Of a DNA stretch of 64,000 nt, positions 29,612 through 38,789 are shown in pieces (positions within the stretch are counted from its first letter, which is position 1; the number at the start of each line of letters is the position of its first letter). The notes under the pieces were generated by a model. That model had not been told where the DNA came from. It worked only from the letters and a program-made list of their open reading frames with translations, and made no database searches. Position numbers and translations under genes: made by a program. This DNA is from Candidatus Moraniibacteriota bacterium (GTDB taxonomy: Bacteria; Patescibacteriota; Minisyncoccia; Moranbacterales; GCA-2747515), in assembly GCA_027031495.1 (NCBI GenBank), contig JALVQA010000004.1, positions 120,070 through 184,069 on the forward strand, given 5' to 3'.

Positions 29612-30928
29612 TTACTTAGTTGACTTCTCTTTGGTGTCTTTTACAGATCTTTCTTTCTCCGCTTTTTCAAGAACGTCCTTTGTCTGTAAAAGGAGGCCCA
29701 TGCGGTGACTCTTCGGCTCAATTGAAAGGATTTTCCATTTATAGGTATTTCCAACGCCAATCATTTCTTCAAATTTTTTGCCGGGGTAGAGTTCGCGGAA
29801 TTCACTAACGTGTGCAAGACCATGAATATCGTTATCAAGATAAACGAACGCACCAAAGTGATTAATTTTATCAACTTTTCCTTCCACGATATCTCCGACT
29901 TTGTAACGCTCCGTGACAGTTTCCCACGGATCGCGAGCTAATGCTTTCATAGAGAGGGAAATGCGTGTATCGTCAATGCCGATAACCTTTGCTTTTACAG
30001 TGTCGCCGGTTTTTACGATGTCGCGCGGATCATCAATGAGTTGCCATGCCAATTCTGAGATATGTACAAGACCTTCAAGACATGGTCCCTTGTTTTGCGC
30101 ACCTTCTGTTGTTGGTGGAAAGAACTTTACGAAAGCACCGAATTTGACAACACCACTTACTTCACCATCTACCACATCGCCAACCTTTAGTGTAGCAAGT
30201 GCTTCGCGCTCCTTTTCGCTACCGGCAGCTTTCTCGCTGACAATCAACTTCTCTTCATCGCGATTGGCATCCAAGATGACAACGGTTAACTCTCTACCAA
30301 CAAGTTGTTTGAGCATTTCAAGGATTTTTGTCTTATCACCATCCTCTACGCGTGGGTAGTGCTCGCTGGAAAGCTGTGATACTGGTAGGAAGCCACTAAT
30401 GCCGTTAACTTCAACGATGAGACCTCCTTTGTTAGCATCAAGAATTTTTGTCTTGATCGTTTCTTTGTTCTTCGCTTTTTCTTCAAGATCGTTCCATGCT
30501 TTGTCATATGATGCCTCGCGAATGGAAAGTTCTATGTAACCGTCATCCGTCTCTGGATCAATAACGGTTGCATTAACTATATCGCCAATAGCGAGCTTTT
30601 TTGATGACATGCCGTCTTTTGCTTCACGTCCAATAACAATACCTGTGCCGAAAACACCAAGATCAAGATAAACAGTGTTTGGCGCAATGCCAATGACGGT
30701 GCCACGCACTACGTCACCAAGCTGTAGTGGTTCTGGTGATTTTTCCAGGAGCTGTTCCATGGCACTATTATGTGCCGCACTTTCTTTTGATGCCGTATTA
30801 CCTTGTTTTTGCTCCGCATCTTCTTCCTTTCTTTTTGTAGTATCAGATGCTGTTTGCGAAGACGATGCTGGTTGCGCTGTTACTTCGTCAACGATAGAGT
30901 CAAAGAGTTTATCTTCTTGTGTTGCCAT
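29612..30928 (-). CDS. rpsA: 30S ribosomal protein S1 (multiple S1 domains)
   Basis: Four or more S1/OB repeats (GDVVRGTVIGI…, GDIVNATVID…, GDVVDGEVSGV…, GDIVEGKVDKI…). The start is trimmed to MATQEDK. Confidence 0.85.
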   Translation of the reverse strand: MATQEDKLFDSIVDEVTAQPASSSQTASDTTKRKEEDAEQKQGNTASKESAAHNSAMEQLLEKSPEPLQLGDVVRGTVIGIAPNTVYLDLGVFGTGIVIGREAKDGMSSKKLAIGDIVNATVIDPETDDGYIELSIREASYDKAWNDLEEKAKNKETIKTKILDANKGGLIVEVNGISGFLPVSQLSSEHYPRVEDGDKTKILEMLKQLVGRELTVVILDANRDEEKLIVSEKAAGSEKEREALATLKVGDVVDGEVSGVVKFGAFVKFFPPTTEGAQNKGPCLEGLVHISELAWQLIDDPRDIVKTGDTVKAKVIGIDDTRISLSMKALARDPWETVTERYKVGDIVEGKVDKINHFGAFVYLDNDIHGLAHVSEFRELYPGKKFEEMIGVGNTYKWKILSIEPKSHRMGLLLQTKDVLEKAEKERSVKDTKEKSTK

Positions 30929-31186
30929 AGAAAAAAATGGTATGCGACGTGATATTTCTAAATAAAAAGCACCCGCACACAACGATAACGTGGCAGGATA
31001 TACTAACAACCGCCAACGTGTTATGTGCTGGAGCGCGACAAACATCATGTGGGATTAAAGCATCCCACGTCGCAATAATCGTTAATAATTACTTAAGTAC
31101 GTTGGGATTCTAACATACGATGGCATTTTTGACAAGTGTAAGTATTATAGCACTCTTTGGTGTGATTTAACGTTCATACACCATCT

Positions 31187-31214
31187 TTACAAAACAAAAA
31201 AAGCGTGCTATACT
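31187..31214 (+). promoter_or_regulatory. Sigma-70-like promoter TTTACA-16 nt-TATACT
   Basis: -35 tttaca at 31187-92 and -10 tatact at 31209-14. Confidence 0.4.
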
Positions 31215-31220
31215 GCCGGT

Positions 31221-31324
31221 AGTTAGTAAAGGTGATGTCGCCTGCTGATTCTGTCAGGGCGGTTATCACGACGAAAAGGGTGAATTGTGTTTTCCGCGCG
31301 GAGAACCGGTTCGCCCTTTTTTTT
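31221..31324 (+). ncRNA. Candidate ~100-nt structured RNA or attenuator leader ending in an intrinsic terminator (31278-31324), directly upstream of the giant surface-protein gene
   Basis: Nested helices gtgat…atcac and cgcc-tg…ca-ggcg, with an inner hairpin gttttccgcgcggagaac. The terminator stem gggtgaa/ttcgccc is followed by TTTTTTTT. Confidence 0.3.
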
Positions 31325-31349
31325 ATAAAAATCTTGTGAAAAATAAAGA

Positions 31350-34300
31350 GTGGTTCGCAAAAATATGCCAAAAAAAGCAATAAAAAACAAAAAACAAAGG
31401 AGATTATCACGAATATTGATGGAAACCATAACTGTTGTGATTGCTACTATTGTTCTTTATTTGCTTTTCCCGACATTGCGTAGTCTGATTGCACAGAATG
31501 TTGCTCTTATATCAAATCTTGGCAATAAAACCGAGGTTATTGACGTTGCAGATGAAATTGCCACGCAACGGTATGTACCTGAAATGCCAACGTCACTGGA
31601 GGTGCTATATGGAAATATATTAACTTATACAAATGAGGATGGCGCGACAACAAATATTGATTTGACGCCCTATCTTGACAATACCGATAATCAAACGCTT
31701 GCTCTTACGAAAAATGTTCTTTCAATCACAGGGGGTAACGACGTTGATCTTTCCACCATAAAGCTAAAATGGAGTCATATTACCGATATTCCTGACGACA
31801 TTGCTGATGGTGATGATGATACGACATATGCTGCAGGTGTAGGATTAACACTTATAAGTACACAATTTTCACTTAATGCCTCGCTCAATGATCTAACGGA
31901 TGTAAGTACGGCGGGTGCAGTGAGCGGTCAGGCACTCGTTTGGAACGGGGTGCAATGGGTGCCGTCATCTGTGAGCAGTGGTACTGCGGATACGCTTTAC
32001 ACGGCAGATGGCACAATAACGAGCAATAGAATCGTCACGATTGGTAGCAATAATCTTGCCTTTGCCGGTACTGGTATGATTGGCATTGGCATTATTAATC
32101 CAGCATACACACTTGATGTTAATGGCGACATTAACTTTACCGGCACTCTCTATCAAAATGGTACACCTTTTCCTATCGGTGCGACAAAAATTGACGACTT
32201 GTCTGATGGACAGTCAGACACAACCAATACCAATCTCTTTCTTGGGCATGCGGGCTTTAGTGGCACATTCTATAACAAGAGAAATACTGTTGTCGGCCTT
32301 GAGGCTTTCATAACAAAGAATGCGACAGCTTTTCCGCCGCCACTTTCATCTTATGCTGGCAATGATAATACAGCTATTGGTTATCGTGCACTGTCAAATA
32401 ATACATCCGGATTTTATAATACGGCAACTGGCTCATTGGCGCTTTACAATAACACAACGGGGTATGGTAATGTGGCATATGGTTTTAGGACGCTTTCTTC
32501 AAATACAACAGGGGCTCTTAATAATGCACATGGCGGCGATGCTCTCTATAATAATACAACCGGTAACAGAAACAGTGCATATGGCGCACGATCTCTCTAT
32601 AACAATATTGATGGCTCAAACAACGTTGCTGTAGGTTATGTTACCCTCTTTGGTAATACGCACGGCTCAGATAATACTGCGATCGGGTATAGTGCTCTTC
32701 ACAACAATATTGATGGCTCAAACAACGTTGCAGTAGGAAATAATGCTCTCTATAATAATACCAGCGGCTCAGATAATATCGCACAGGGTAATCGCGCTCT
32801 CTATAGCAATATTGATGGCATAGAGAATGTTGCACAGGGCGCCTACGCACTCTTCTCCAATACCAATGGATCATATAACGTTGCAATCGGTTTTGAAGCC
32901 CTCCGTTATAATCTTGGTGGTCAGAACAACGTGGCAGTAGGGCCAGGCGCCCTCCTAAGTAATTCGAATGGTAACTACAATGTTGCACAAGGAGCAAGCG
33001 CACTTCAGAACAATACAAGTGGCGACTACAACAATGCTTACGGTGCTTACGCGCTTTATAGTAATACAAGTGGCGACTACAACAATGCTTACGGTGCTTA
33101 CGCGCTTTATAGTAATACAAGTGGTACTAGCAATGTTGCACAAGGCGCTTATACATTGTATTCAAATGGAACTGGCAGTCGTAATGTTGCGCAGGGTGTG
33201 AATGTGTTACGCAACAACACAAGCGGTTACAACAATACGGCACAAGGTTTTCAATCTCTCTATGCCAACTTGACGGGTCATAACAATACAGCGCAGGGTA
33301 TATACGCACTTTTTTCCAATACGAGTGGTCGCTATAACACAGCTGTTGGCGCACAAGCGCTTTACGGTAACACAGCTGGTGAGGGTAATACAGCTGTTGG
33401 TGCGTTCACACTTGTTAATAATACAACGGGAAGTTATAGCACAGCACAAGGATACTATGCACTTCACGCAAATACGAGCGGTCTTTATAATACAGCATAT
33501 GGTGCATATACTCTTCGCGAAAATACAACCGGTAATTATAACGTAGCGGTCGGCATGCGAGCGTTAAATGATAATACAACCGGTTCTAACAATACAGCTG
33601 TTGGCGTTGATGCCTTGCGTGAAAACACAATCGGTATCAGCAATGTGGCAGTTGGTTTGGAGACACTCTATAAGAACACAAGTGGTAACTATAATGCCGC
33701 ACAGGGCGCTTATGCACTGCATGAGAATACAACCGGCTCCAACAATACGGCAACAGGTTTTCAGACGTTGTATAGGAATACGACTGGCGGTTCCAATACG
33801 GCACATGGTACGAATGCGCTCATATTTAATACAATAGGCTCATACAATACTGCGCAAGGTACGGATGCGTTGGCGACAAACTCAACGGGCAATAATAATA
33901 CGGCACAAGGTGCAAGTGCTCTCTTTAGCAACTCAACCGGCTCCAACAATACGGCAACAGGTTTTCAGACGTTGTATAGGAATACGACCGGAGCAAACAA
34001 TGTCGCACACGGCTTTAAAGCACTCTTTTCAAATACAACTGGTGCTGGCAATGCGGCATATGGTGCGAGCGCGCTCTATAGCAACACGACCGGTGCTGGC
34101 AATACGGCAACTGGTCTAGAAGCACTCTTTTCAAACACGACTGGTGGCTATAACGTCGCATATGGTTACCAGGCACTAACGTCAAACACAACTGGATCAG
34201 GGAATGCGGCACATGGTGCATGGGCACTCTATAGCAATAGAAGTGGTTCAAGTAATACGGCACAAGGTATTCGTGCGCTTTACAGTAATACAACAGGTGC

Positions 34301-36152
34301 TAACAACACAGCGCAAGGTGCCAATGCGCTTCGTATGAATACCTTTGGCTCTCATAATACCGCACAAGGCGCTAGCGCTCTCTATAACAATACAGCAGGC
34401 GCCAATAATACCGCACAAGGTGAGCAAGCACTTTATAACAATAAAACTGGTTCAAGTAATACAGCACAAGGAACACAGTCTCTCTATACAAATACAACCG
34501 GCTTTAATAACGTTGCACAAGGTGCACTTGCGCTCTTCTCAAATACAACTGGTTCTAGAAATACAGCACAAGGCTACAGAACGCTCTTTAGCAATACAAC
34601 AGGATTTAGAAATACGGCACAAGGTATAGAAGCGCTCTATAGTAACACAACCGGTCACAGCAATGTCGCGCAGGGCTCAGAAGCGCTTTACCACAATACA
34701 ACTGGTTCCTATAACGTTGCGCAGGGCTTGCAGGCTCTCTACAATAATACGGAAGGCAGTTACAATACAGCGCATGGTATGGGTGCCTTATATAACAATG
34801 CAGAAGGAAGTCATAATACTGCTGATGGTGCAAATGCACTTAGCAAAAACACAAAGGGTGAGTTTAACAGTGCAGTTGGAGCATCAGCACTCTATAGCAA
34901 CACAACTGGTAACTATAATGTTGCAGGTGGTTTCCAGGCACTTTACTCAAATGAAGGCGGTTCTTACAATGTTGCGCACGGCTATGCTGCACTGTACAGC
35001 AACATGTCTGGAAGCGGTAACGTTGCATATGGTACACGTGCGCTTCGTCTGAATACGAAAGGTGATGGCAATGTTGCGGTTGGTAGTGATGCGCTATATT
35101 CAAATGATAGTGGTTCTAGTAGTGTAGCTGTTGGGGATCATGCGCTCTACAGCAACACAACTGGTAACTACAATGTTGCGCAGGGCATGCAAGCACTGTA
35201 TAGCAACGTTGATGGATCGAATAATGCTGCATTTGGTACACGTGCACTTTTCTCGATCAAAAGTGGTTCTGATAACGTTGCTCTTGGCTTTAATGCTGGT
35301 CGCTTTATTGCCGATGGCGTAACGGCAAATGCGCTATCAGACCAAAGCATATTTATCGGTGCGAATGCAAAAGCAAATGCTGATAAAGAAACAAATCAAA
35401 TCGTTATTGGTTATAATGCAGTTGGTTTTGGTTCCGATACTGTTACTATTGGTAATGATAATATTAAAAAAACTATACTTAAGGGCAGTATTGGTATTGG
35501 TGTAACATCACCAACATATCGTCTTGAACTTCCAAATAATTCTGGTGTTGGTTCTGGGCGTGCACGTGCTTATCAATGGGCAACATACTCCGACAGTCGC
35601 ATCAAGAAAAACCAGGTCGCGCTGACAGAGGAGATTGACCCACTTGCAGTACTCGCACTTCTTACGCCAAAGACGTACATTCAATACGATTCTAGCTTCA
35701 CTGATGACGGTGAGCTCATCCTCAGCGGCAACGGTGACAAAACGTATGGTCTGATTGCACAGGAAGTTTACAATGCACGTCTTAATGGCAAGCGCATATT
35801 TGAGGGCGTCGTCTACAAGCCGGAAGACGAAAACAGTGATCTGTGGTCTCTTGATTACGAGAAATTTATTCCATTCACGATTGCCGCCATCCAAGAACAG
35901 CAAAAAAATATTACTGCCAATGCTCTCAAGATCGCTACACTATCCGATTTGACGCACCGCGTTGATGATCTTGCGCAGCGTATTCAAACAACGGATGCTA
36001 CAACAGATATTGACGCAGCTCTTGTTGCGGTCAACACAAAGATCACAGAACTCTTTGACACAACAACCACTCTTGACGGTCGCCTCACAACAGCGCACAA
36101 CGACATCGCACAACTGACACAACAACCCTCAATCCTGACACACTCGTTCTGA
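31350..36152 (+). CDS. Giant (1600 aa) repetitive cell-surface protein with a C-terminal phage-tail-fibre-type intramolecular chaperone (peptidase S74-like) domain
   Basis: N-terminal signal-anchor. About 70 tandem ~15-aa units of the form (S/Y)NT(S/T)G.(Y/N)N.A.G..AL. follow, predicted beta-helix. The C-terminus contains …WATYSDSRIKKNQVALTEEIDPLAVLALLTPKTYIQYD…GLIAQEVYN…LDYEKFIPFTIAAIQEQQ, the auto-cleaving chaperone-domain pattern. Confidence 0.8.
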   Translation: MVRKNMPKKAIKNKKQRRLSRILMETITVVIATIVLYLLFPTLRSLIAQNVALISNLGNKTEVIDVADEIATQRYVPEMPTSLEVLYGNILTYTNEDGATTNIDLTPYLDNTDNQTLALTKNVLSITGGNDVDLSTIKLKWSHITDIPDDIADGDDDTTYAAGVGLTLISTQFSLNASLNDLTDVSTAGAVSGQALVWNGVQWVPSSVSSGTADTLYTADGTITSNRIVTIGSNNLAFAGTGMIGIGIINPAYTLDVNGDINFTGTLYQNGTPFPIGATKIDDLSDGQSDTTNTNLFLGHAGFSGTFYNKRNTVVGLEAFITKNATAFPPPLSSYAGNDNTAIGYRALSNNTSGFYNTATGSLALYNNTTGYGNVAYGFRTLSSNTTGALNNAHGGDALYNNTTGNRNSAYGARSLYNNIDGSNNVAVGYVTLFGNTHGSDNTAIGYSALHNNIDGSNNVAVGNNALYNNTSGSDNIAQGNRALYSNIDGIENVAQGAYALFSNTNGSYNVAIGFEALRYNLGGQNNVAVGPGALLSNSNGNYNVAQGASALQNNTSGDYNNAYGAYALYSNTSGDYNNAYGAYALYSNTSGTSNVAQGAYTLYSNGTGSRNVAQGVNVLRNNTSGYNNTAQGFQSLYANLTGHNNTAQGIYALFSNTSGRYNTAVGAQALYGNTAGEGNTAVGAFTLVNNTTGSYSTAQGYYALHANTSGLYNTAYGAYTLRENTTGNYNVAVGMRALNDNTTGSNNTAVGVDALRENTIGISNVAVGLETLYKNTSGNYNAAQGAYALHENTTGSNNTATGFQTLYRNTTGGSNTAHGTNALIFNTIGSYNTAQGTDALATNSTGNNNTAQGASALFSNSTGSNNTATGFQTLYRNTTGANNVAHGFKALFSNTTGAGNAAYGASALYSNTTGAGNTATGLEALFSNTTGGYNVAYGYQALTSNTTGSGNAAHGAWALYSNRSGSSNTAQGIRALYSNTTGANNTAQGANALRMNTFGSHNTAQGASALYNNTAGANNTAQGEQALYNNKTGSSNTAQGTQSLYTNTTGFNNVAQGALALFSNTTGSRNTAQGYRTLFSNTTGFRNTAQGIEALYSNTTGHSNVAQGSEALYHNTTGSYNVAQGLQALYNNTEGSYNTAHGMGALYNNAEGSHNTADGANALSKNTKGEFNSAVGASALYSNTTGNYNVAGGFQALYSNEGGSYNVAHGYAALYSNMSGSGNVAYGTRALRLNTKGDGNVAVGSDALYSNDSGSSSVAVGDHALYSNTTGNYNVAQGMQALYSNVDGSNNAAFGTRALFSIKSGSDNVALGFNAGRFIADGVTANALSDQSIFIGANAKANADKETNQIVIGYNAVGFGSDTVTIGNDNIKKTILKGSIGIGVTSPTYRLELPNNSGVGSGRARAYQWATYSDSRIKKNQVALTEEIDPLAVLALLTPKTYIQYDSSFTDDGELILSGNGDKTYGLIAQEVYNARLNGKRIFEGVVYKPEDENSDLWSLDYEKFIPFTIAAIQEQQKNITANALKIATLSDLTHRVDDLAQRIQTTDATTDIDAALVAVNTKITELFDTTTTLDGRLTTAHNDIAQLTQQPSILTHSF
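33010..33129 (+). repeat. Perfect 60-bp tandem duplication inside the giant gene (two units)
   Basis: acaagtggcgactacaacaatgcttacggtgcttacgcgctttatagtaat occurs twice back-to-back. Other 45-55 bp internal repeats occur at 32609/32706 and 33735/33940. Confidence 0.75.
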
Positions 36153-36217
36153 CAGACAGCGACGGCAACGTTACACTCAACGGCATCCTCACAGCACAGA
36201 AGGTAAAAGCTGATGAG

Positions 36218-36697
36218 GTGGAAACCGCAAAAATCACCATCGTTAACAACGACGATGCGCCAACCGTTGGCACAGCTGTGATCCCTGCCGGCAAGACAAG
36301 TGTGACGGTGGAGACGGAGGCTGTGAGTGAGGATAGTCGCATTCTTGTTACTTTTACAAGTGATTTGAAGGGGCGTAGTTTCTACGTGTCTGATCGTAAC
36401 GATGGTTCGTTTACCGTAAATATTTCTAGAACATTTACAACAGATGAGAGTACTTTTGATTGGTGGGTTGTTAATGCAGATGTGCCGTCGGATATGTTTA
36501 GTAAGGATTCAGATGATTCGTCATCTGAATCCGGTGATTCTGCCGTTATTGTCGATGAGTCAGGCGATAATTATGATGATGAGTCTGGTACTGATGATAA
36601 TGGCGGCACTGATGACAGCGTTGACACTGATGCTGTTGATGTGACGGGCGATTCTGTGGAAGGTGATAGTGACAGTTCTGCTGAAAGTGGTGTATAA
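36218..36697 (+). CDS. Beta-rich domain + highly acidic Ser/Asp-rich tail. It may be a 3' continuation of the giant gene, because its frame is open from 36119
   Basis: GTG start as given in the ORF track. The same frame is open for 33 codons upstream, overlapping the last 11 codons of the giant ORF. Confidence 0.4.
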   Translation: METAKITIVNNDDAPTVGTAVIPAGKTSVTVETEAVSEDSRILVTFTSDLKGRSFYVSDRNDGSFTVNISRTFTTDESTFDWWVVNADVPSDMFSKDSDDSSSESGDSAVIVDESGDNYDDESGTDDNGGTDDSVDTDAVDVTGDSVEGDSDSSAESGV

Positions 36698-36777
36698 TAC
36701 TGGTTGCAATAGTGCTTATTATGCAAATGCGTGGTAAATGATCATTTTGTTTATAGTATAAATCAAAATAAAAGTGT

Positions 36778-37584
36778 ATGGTGCACAGAAAGCGACGACG
36801 AGCAATTATTATTTCAATCTATGGCGTGATGGTATTTGCACTCATATGGTTTATTGTTGATGCGTTTCGTCCTGCGCCATCGTGTAGCGATGGGAAGAGG
36901 AATCAGAATGAAATAGGTATTGATTGTGGCGGTGTTTGTAAGCCATGTCCAGTTAAGATTTCCGCTGAACCATTAAAGATTGACAGTGCATATGTTGTCG
37001 ATGGTGTTGACAATAGAGTTGATGCTGTGGCACAGATCACGAATCCAAATCCTCTCTTTGGTGCGCACTCTGTTCAATACGTTTTCCGCCTCAAAGATAA
37101 AGACGGTGCAATTGTTGCGGAGCGCAAAGGATCAACGTTTATTTTACCATCGGAAACAAAATATGTGATAGAGTTAGGTATTCGCGGGTCTGACAACGCT
37201 CGTATTGTGTCTGCGGACTTTACCATTACCGATGTTGTGTGGCAGTCATTTAATAGCTATCAAGAACCCCGCATTGTTGTACTTAATAAGACATATTCCG
37301 TTGTACACTCTGATACGGCATACAGTCGCGTAACGGGTCTCATACGTAATGAGAGTGGTTTTGATTTTGCTTCTATTTATGTAAATGTTGTACTAAAAGA
37401 TCAAAACGGTGTTCCTGTGGCTGTTCATCGTACACGTCTTGATACCATTGACAGTGGTATGGAACGAGAGTTTTCTTTGCCGTGGCCACAACGTTTTTCT
37501 GGTGATGTTGCAACGGTTGATGTTGATATAGAAGCAAACGTTTTTGATGTTGATAATTATCGCAGGAAATATATATCTGATTAA
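36778..37584 (+). CDS. Membrane-anchored hypothetical protein
   Basis: 268 aa with an N-terminal signal-anchor IIISIYGVMVFALIWFIV and a Cys-containing extracellular region. Confidence 0.5.
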   Translation: MVHRKRRRAIIISIYGVMVFALIWFIVDAFRPAPSCSDGKRNQNEIGIDCGGVCKPCPVKISAEPLKIDSAYVVDGVDNRVDAVAQITNPNPLFGAHSVQYVFRLKDKDGAIVAERKGSTFILPSETKYVIELGIRGSDNARIVSADFTITDVVWQSFNSYQEPRIVVLNKTYSVVHSDTAYSRVTGLIRNESGFDFASIYVNVVLKDQNGVPVAVHRTRLDTIDSGMEREFSLPWPQRFSGDVATVDVDIEANVFDVDNYRRKYISD

Positions 37585-37618
37585 GTAAGGATGGGATAGT
37601 GGCGATTGAGAAATTGGC

Positions 37619-38728
37619 GTGAAGTATAATATGGGAAAATTTGCACAGTTTGATTGGATTCTTATAACGGCAATATTTCTCTTGTTGGGATTGAGTATTC
37701 TTGAACTATACAGTATTTCTCTTTCGCAGGATGTTTCTGTAAATTATGCGCAGCGGCAGGGTATTTTTGCCTTGGTTAGTGTTGCTGTCATGTTCTTTTT
37801 GTCTTCAATGGATTATCGTGTTATTCGCAGAAGGCATACACGTATTCTTTATTTTGGAACATTATTTTTATTGGGGCTTGTGCTTGCTATTGGTACAAAT
37901 GTACGTGGTACAGTTGGCTGGATCGTGATTGGACCATTTTCTTTACAGGTTGTTGAATTTGCAAAAGTTGCTATTATTATATTTCTTGCCGGCTTTATCG
38001 CTGCAAAGCAGACAGTTTTCGGATCTGGTGGTCGCCTTGTTGTGTCGCTCATTCTTGTTTTTATTGTTGTTTCTCTTATTTTGGCACAACCTGATTTTGG
38101 AAGTGCAATGATATTGCTCTCTGTGTGGTTCGGCATGCTCTTTGTATCTGGTATGCGCCGTACACATATTATTGCAATGGTATTTTCTCTTATTGTTGTT
38201 AGTATTGGCACGTGGTTTTTCCTTGCAGACTACCAACGCGATCGTGTGCGTGCATTCATAGATCCATACATAGATCCATATGGTAGTGGCTATAATGTTA
38301 TTCAGGCAATGATAGCAGTTGGTTCTGGTGGTGTGATGGGTAAGGGACTTGGACATGGCACACAGACGCAACTTGGCTTTTTGCCAGAGAGCCATACAGA
38401 TTTTATTTTTGCTGTGATTGCAGAAGAATTCGGTCTTTTTGGTGCACTTTTTGTTATTGTGCTCTTTGGCATTATTCTCTTTCGCCTGTGGCGTATTGCT
38501 CTGCGCGCACCGACAAATTTTAGTTACTTGATTGTGAGTGGCGTGATGATCATGATATTTGTACAAGTCGTCATTAATGTTGGTATGAATATTGGTATTA
38601 TGCCTGTAACGGGTATCCCGCTACCATTTGTCAGTTATGGCGGTAGTTCGCTCTTGGCAAGCAGTATCGCTATCGGCATTGTACTTTCTATTGATCGTAT
38701 AACACGTCGCACACAAGACTTTGTGTAA
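37619..38728 (+). CDS. ftsW: FtsW/RodA/SpoVE-family peptidoglycan glycosyltransferase (SEDS)
   Basis: 10-TM SEDS layout with conserved segments …QPDFGSAMIL…, …GSGYNVIQA…VGSGG…GKGLG…Q…LPE.HTDFIF…. Confidence 0.85.
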   Translation: MKYNMGKFAQFDWILITAIFLLLGLSILELYSISLSQDVSVNYAQRQGIFALVSVAVMFFLSSMDYRVIRRRHTRILYFGTLFLLGLVLAIGTNVRGTVGWIVIGPFSLQVVEFAKVAIIIFLAGFIAAKQTVFGSGGRLVVSLILVFIVVSLILAQPDFGSAMILLSVWFGMLFVSGMRRTHIIAMVFSLIVVSIGTWFFLADYQRDRVRAFIDPYIDPYGSGYNVIQAMIAVGSGGVMGKGLGHGTQTQLGFLPESHTDFIFAVIAEEFGLFGALFVIVLFGIILFRLWRIALRAPTNFSYLIVSGVMIMIFVQVVINVGMNIGIMPVTGIPLPFVSYGGSSLLASSIAIGIVLSIDRITRRTQDFV

Positions 38729-38789
38729 CGCACTATTGCGGTTGTGTGTAAAAATAGTGTATGGTAGAAATGTAGGTAATTAAATCACA

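Noticed and set aside
27016-30359. Plus-strand ORFs inside ftsH (27016..27624) and rpsA (29913..30359)
   Set aside because: Antisense to strongly supported genes, with low-complexity Ser/Pro/Arg-rich translations.
32600-35400. Numerous antisense or alternate-frame ORFs inside the giant gene (e.g. 32641..33120-, 33207..33467-, 34015..34293-) and apparent direct repeats that could be mistaken for a CRISPR array
   Set aside because: These are by-products of the coding-level tandem repeats. The repeats are degenerate at 45-60 nt periodicity, with no unique spacers and no cas genes nearby.
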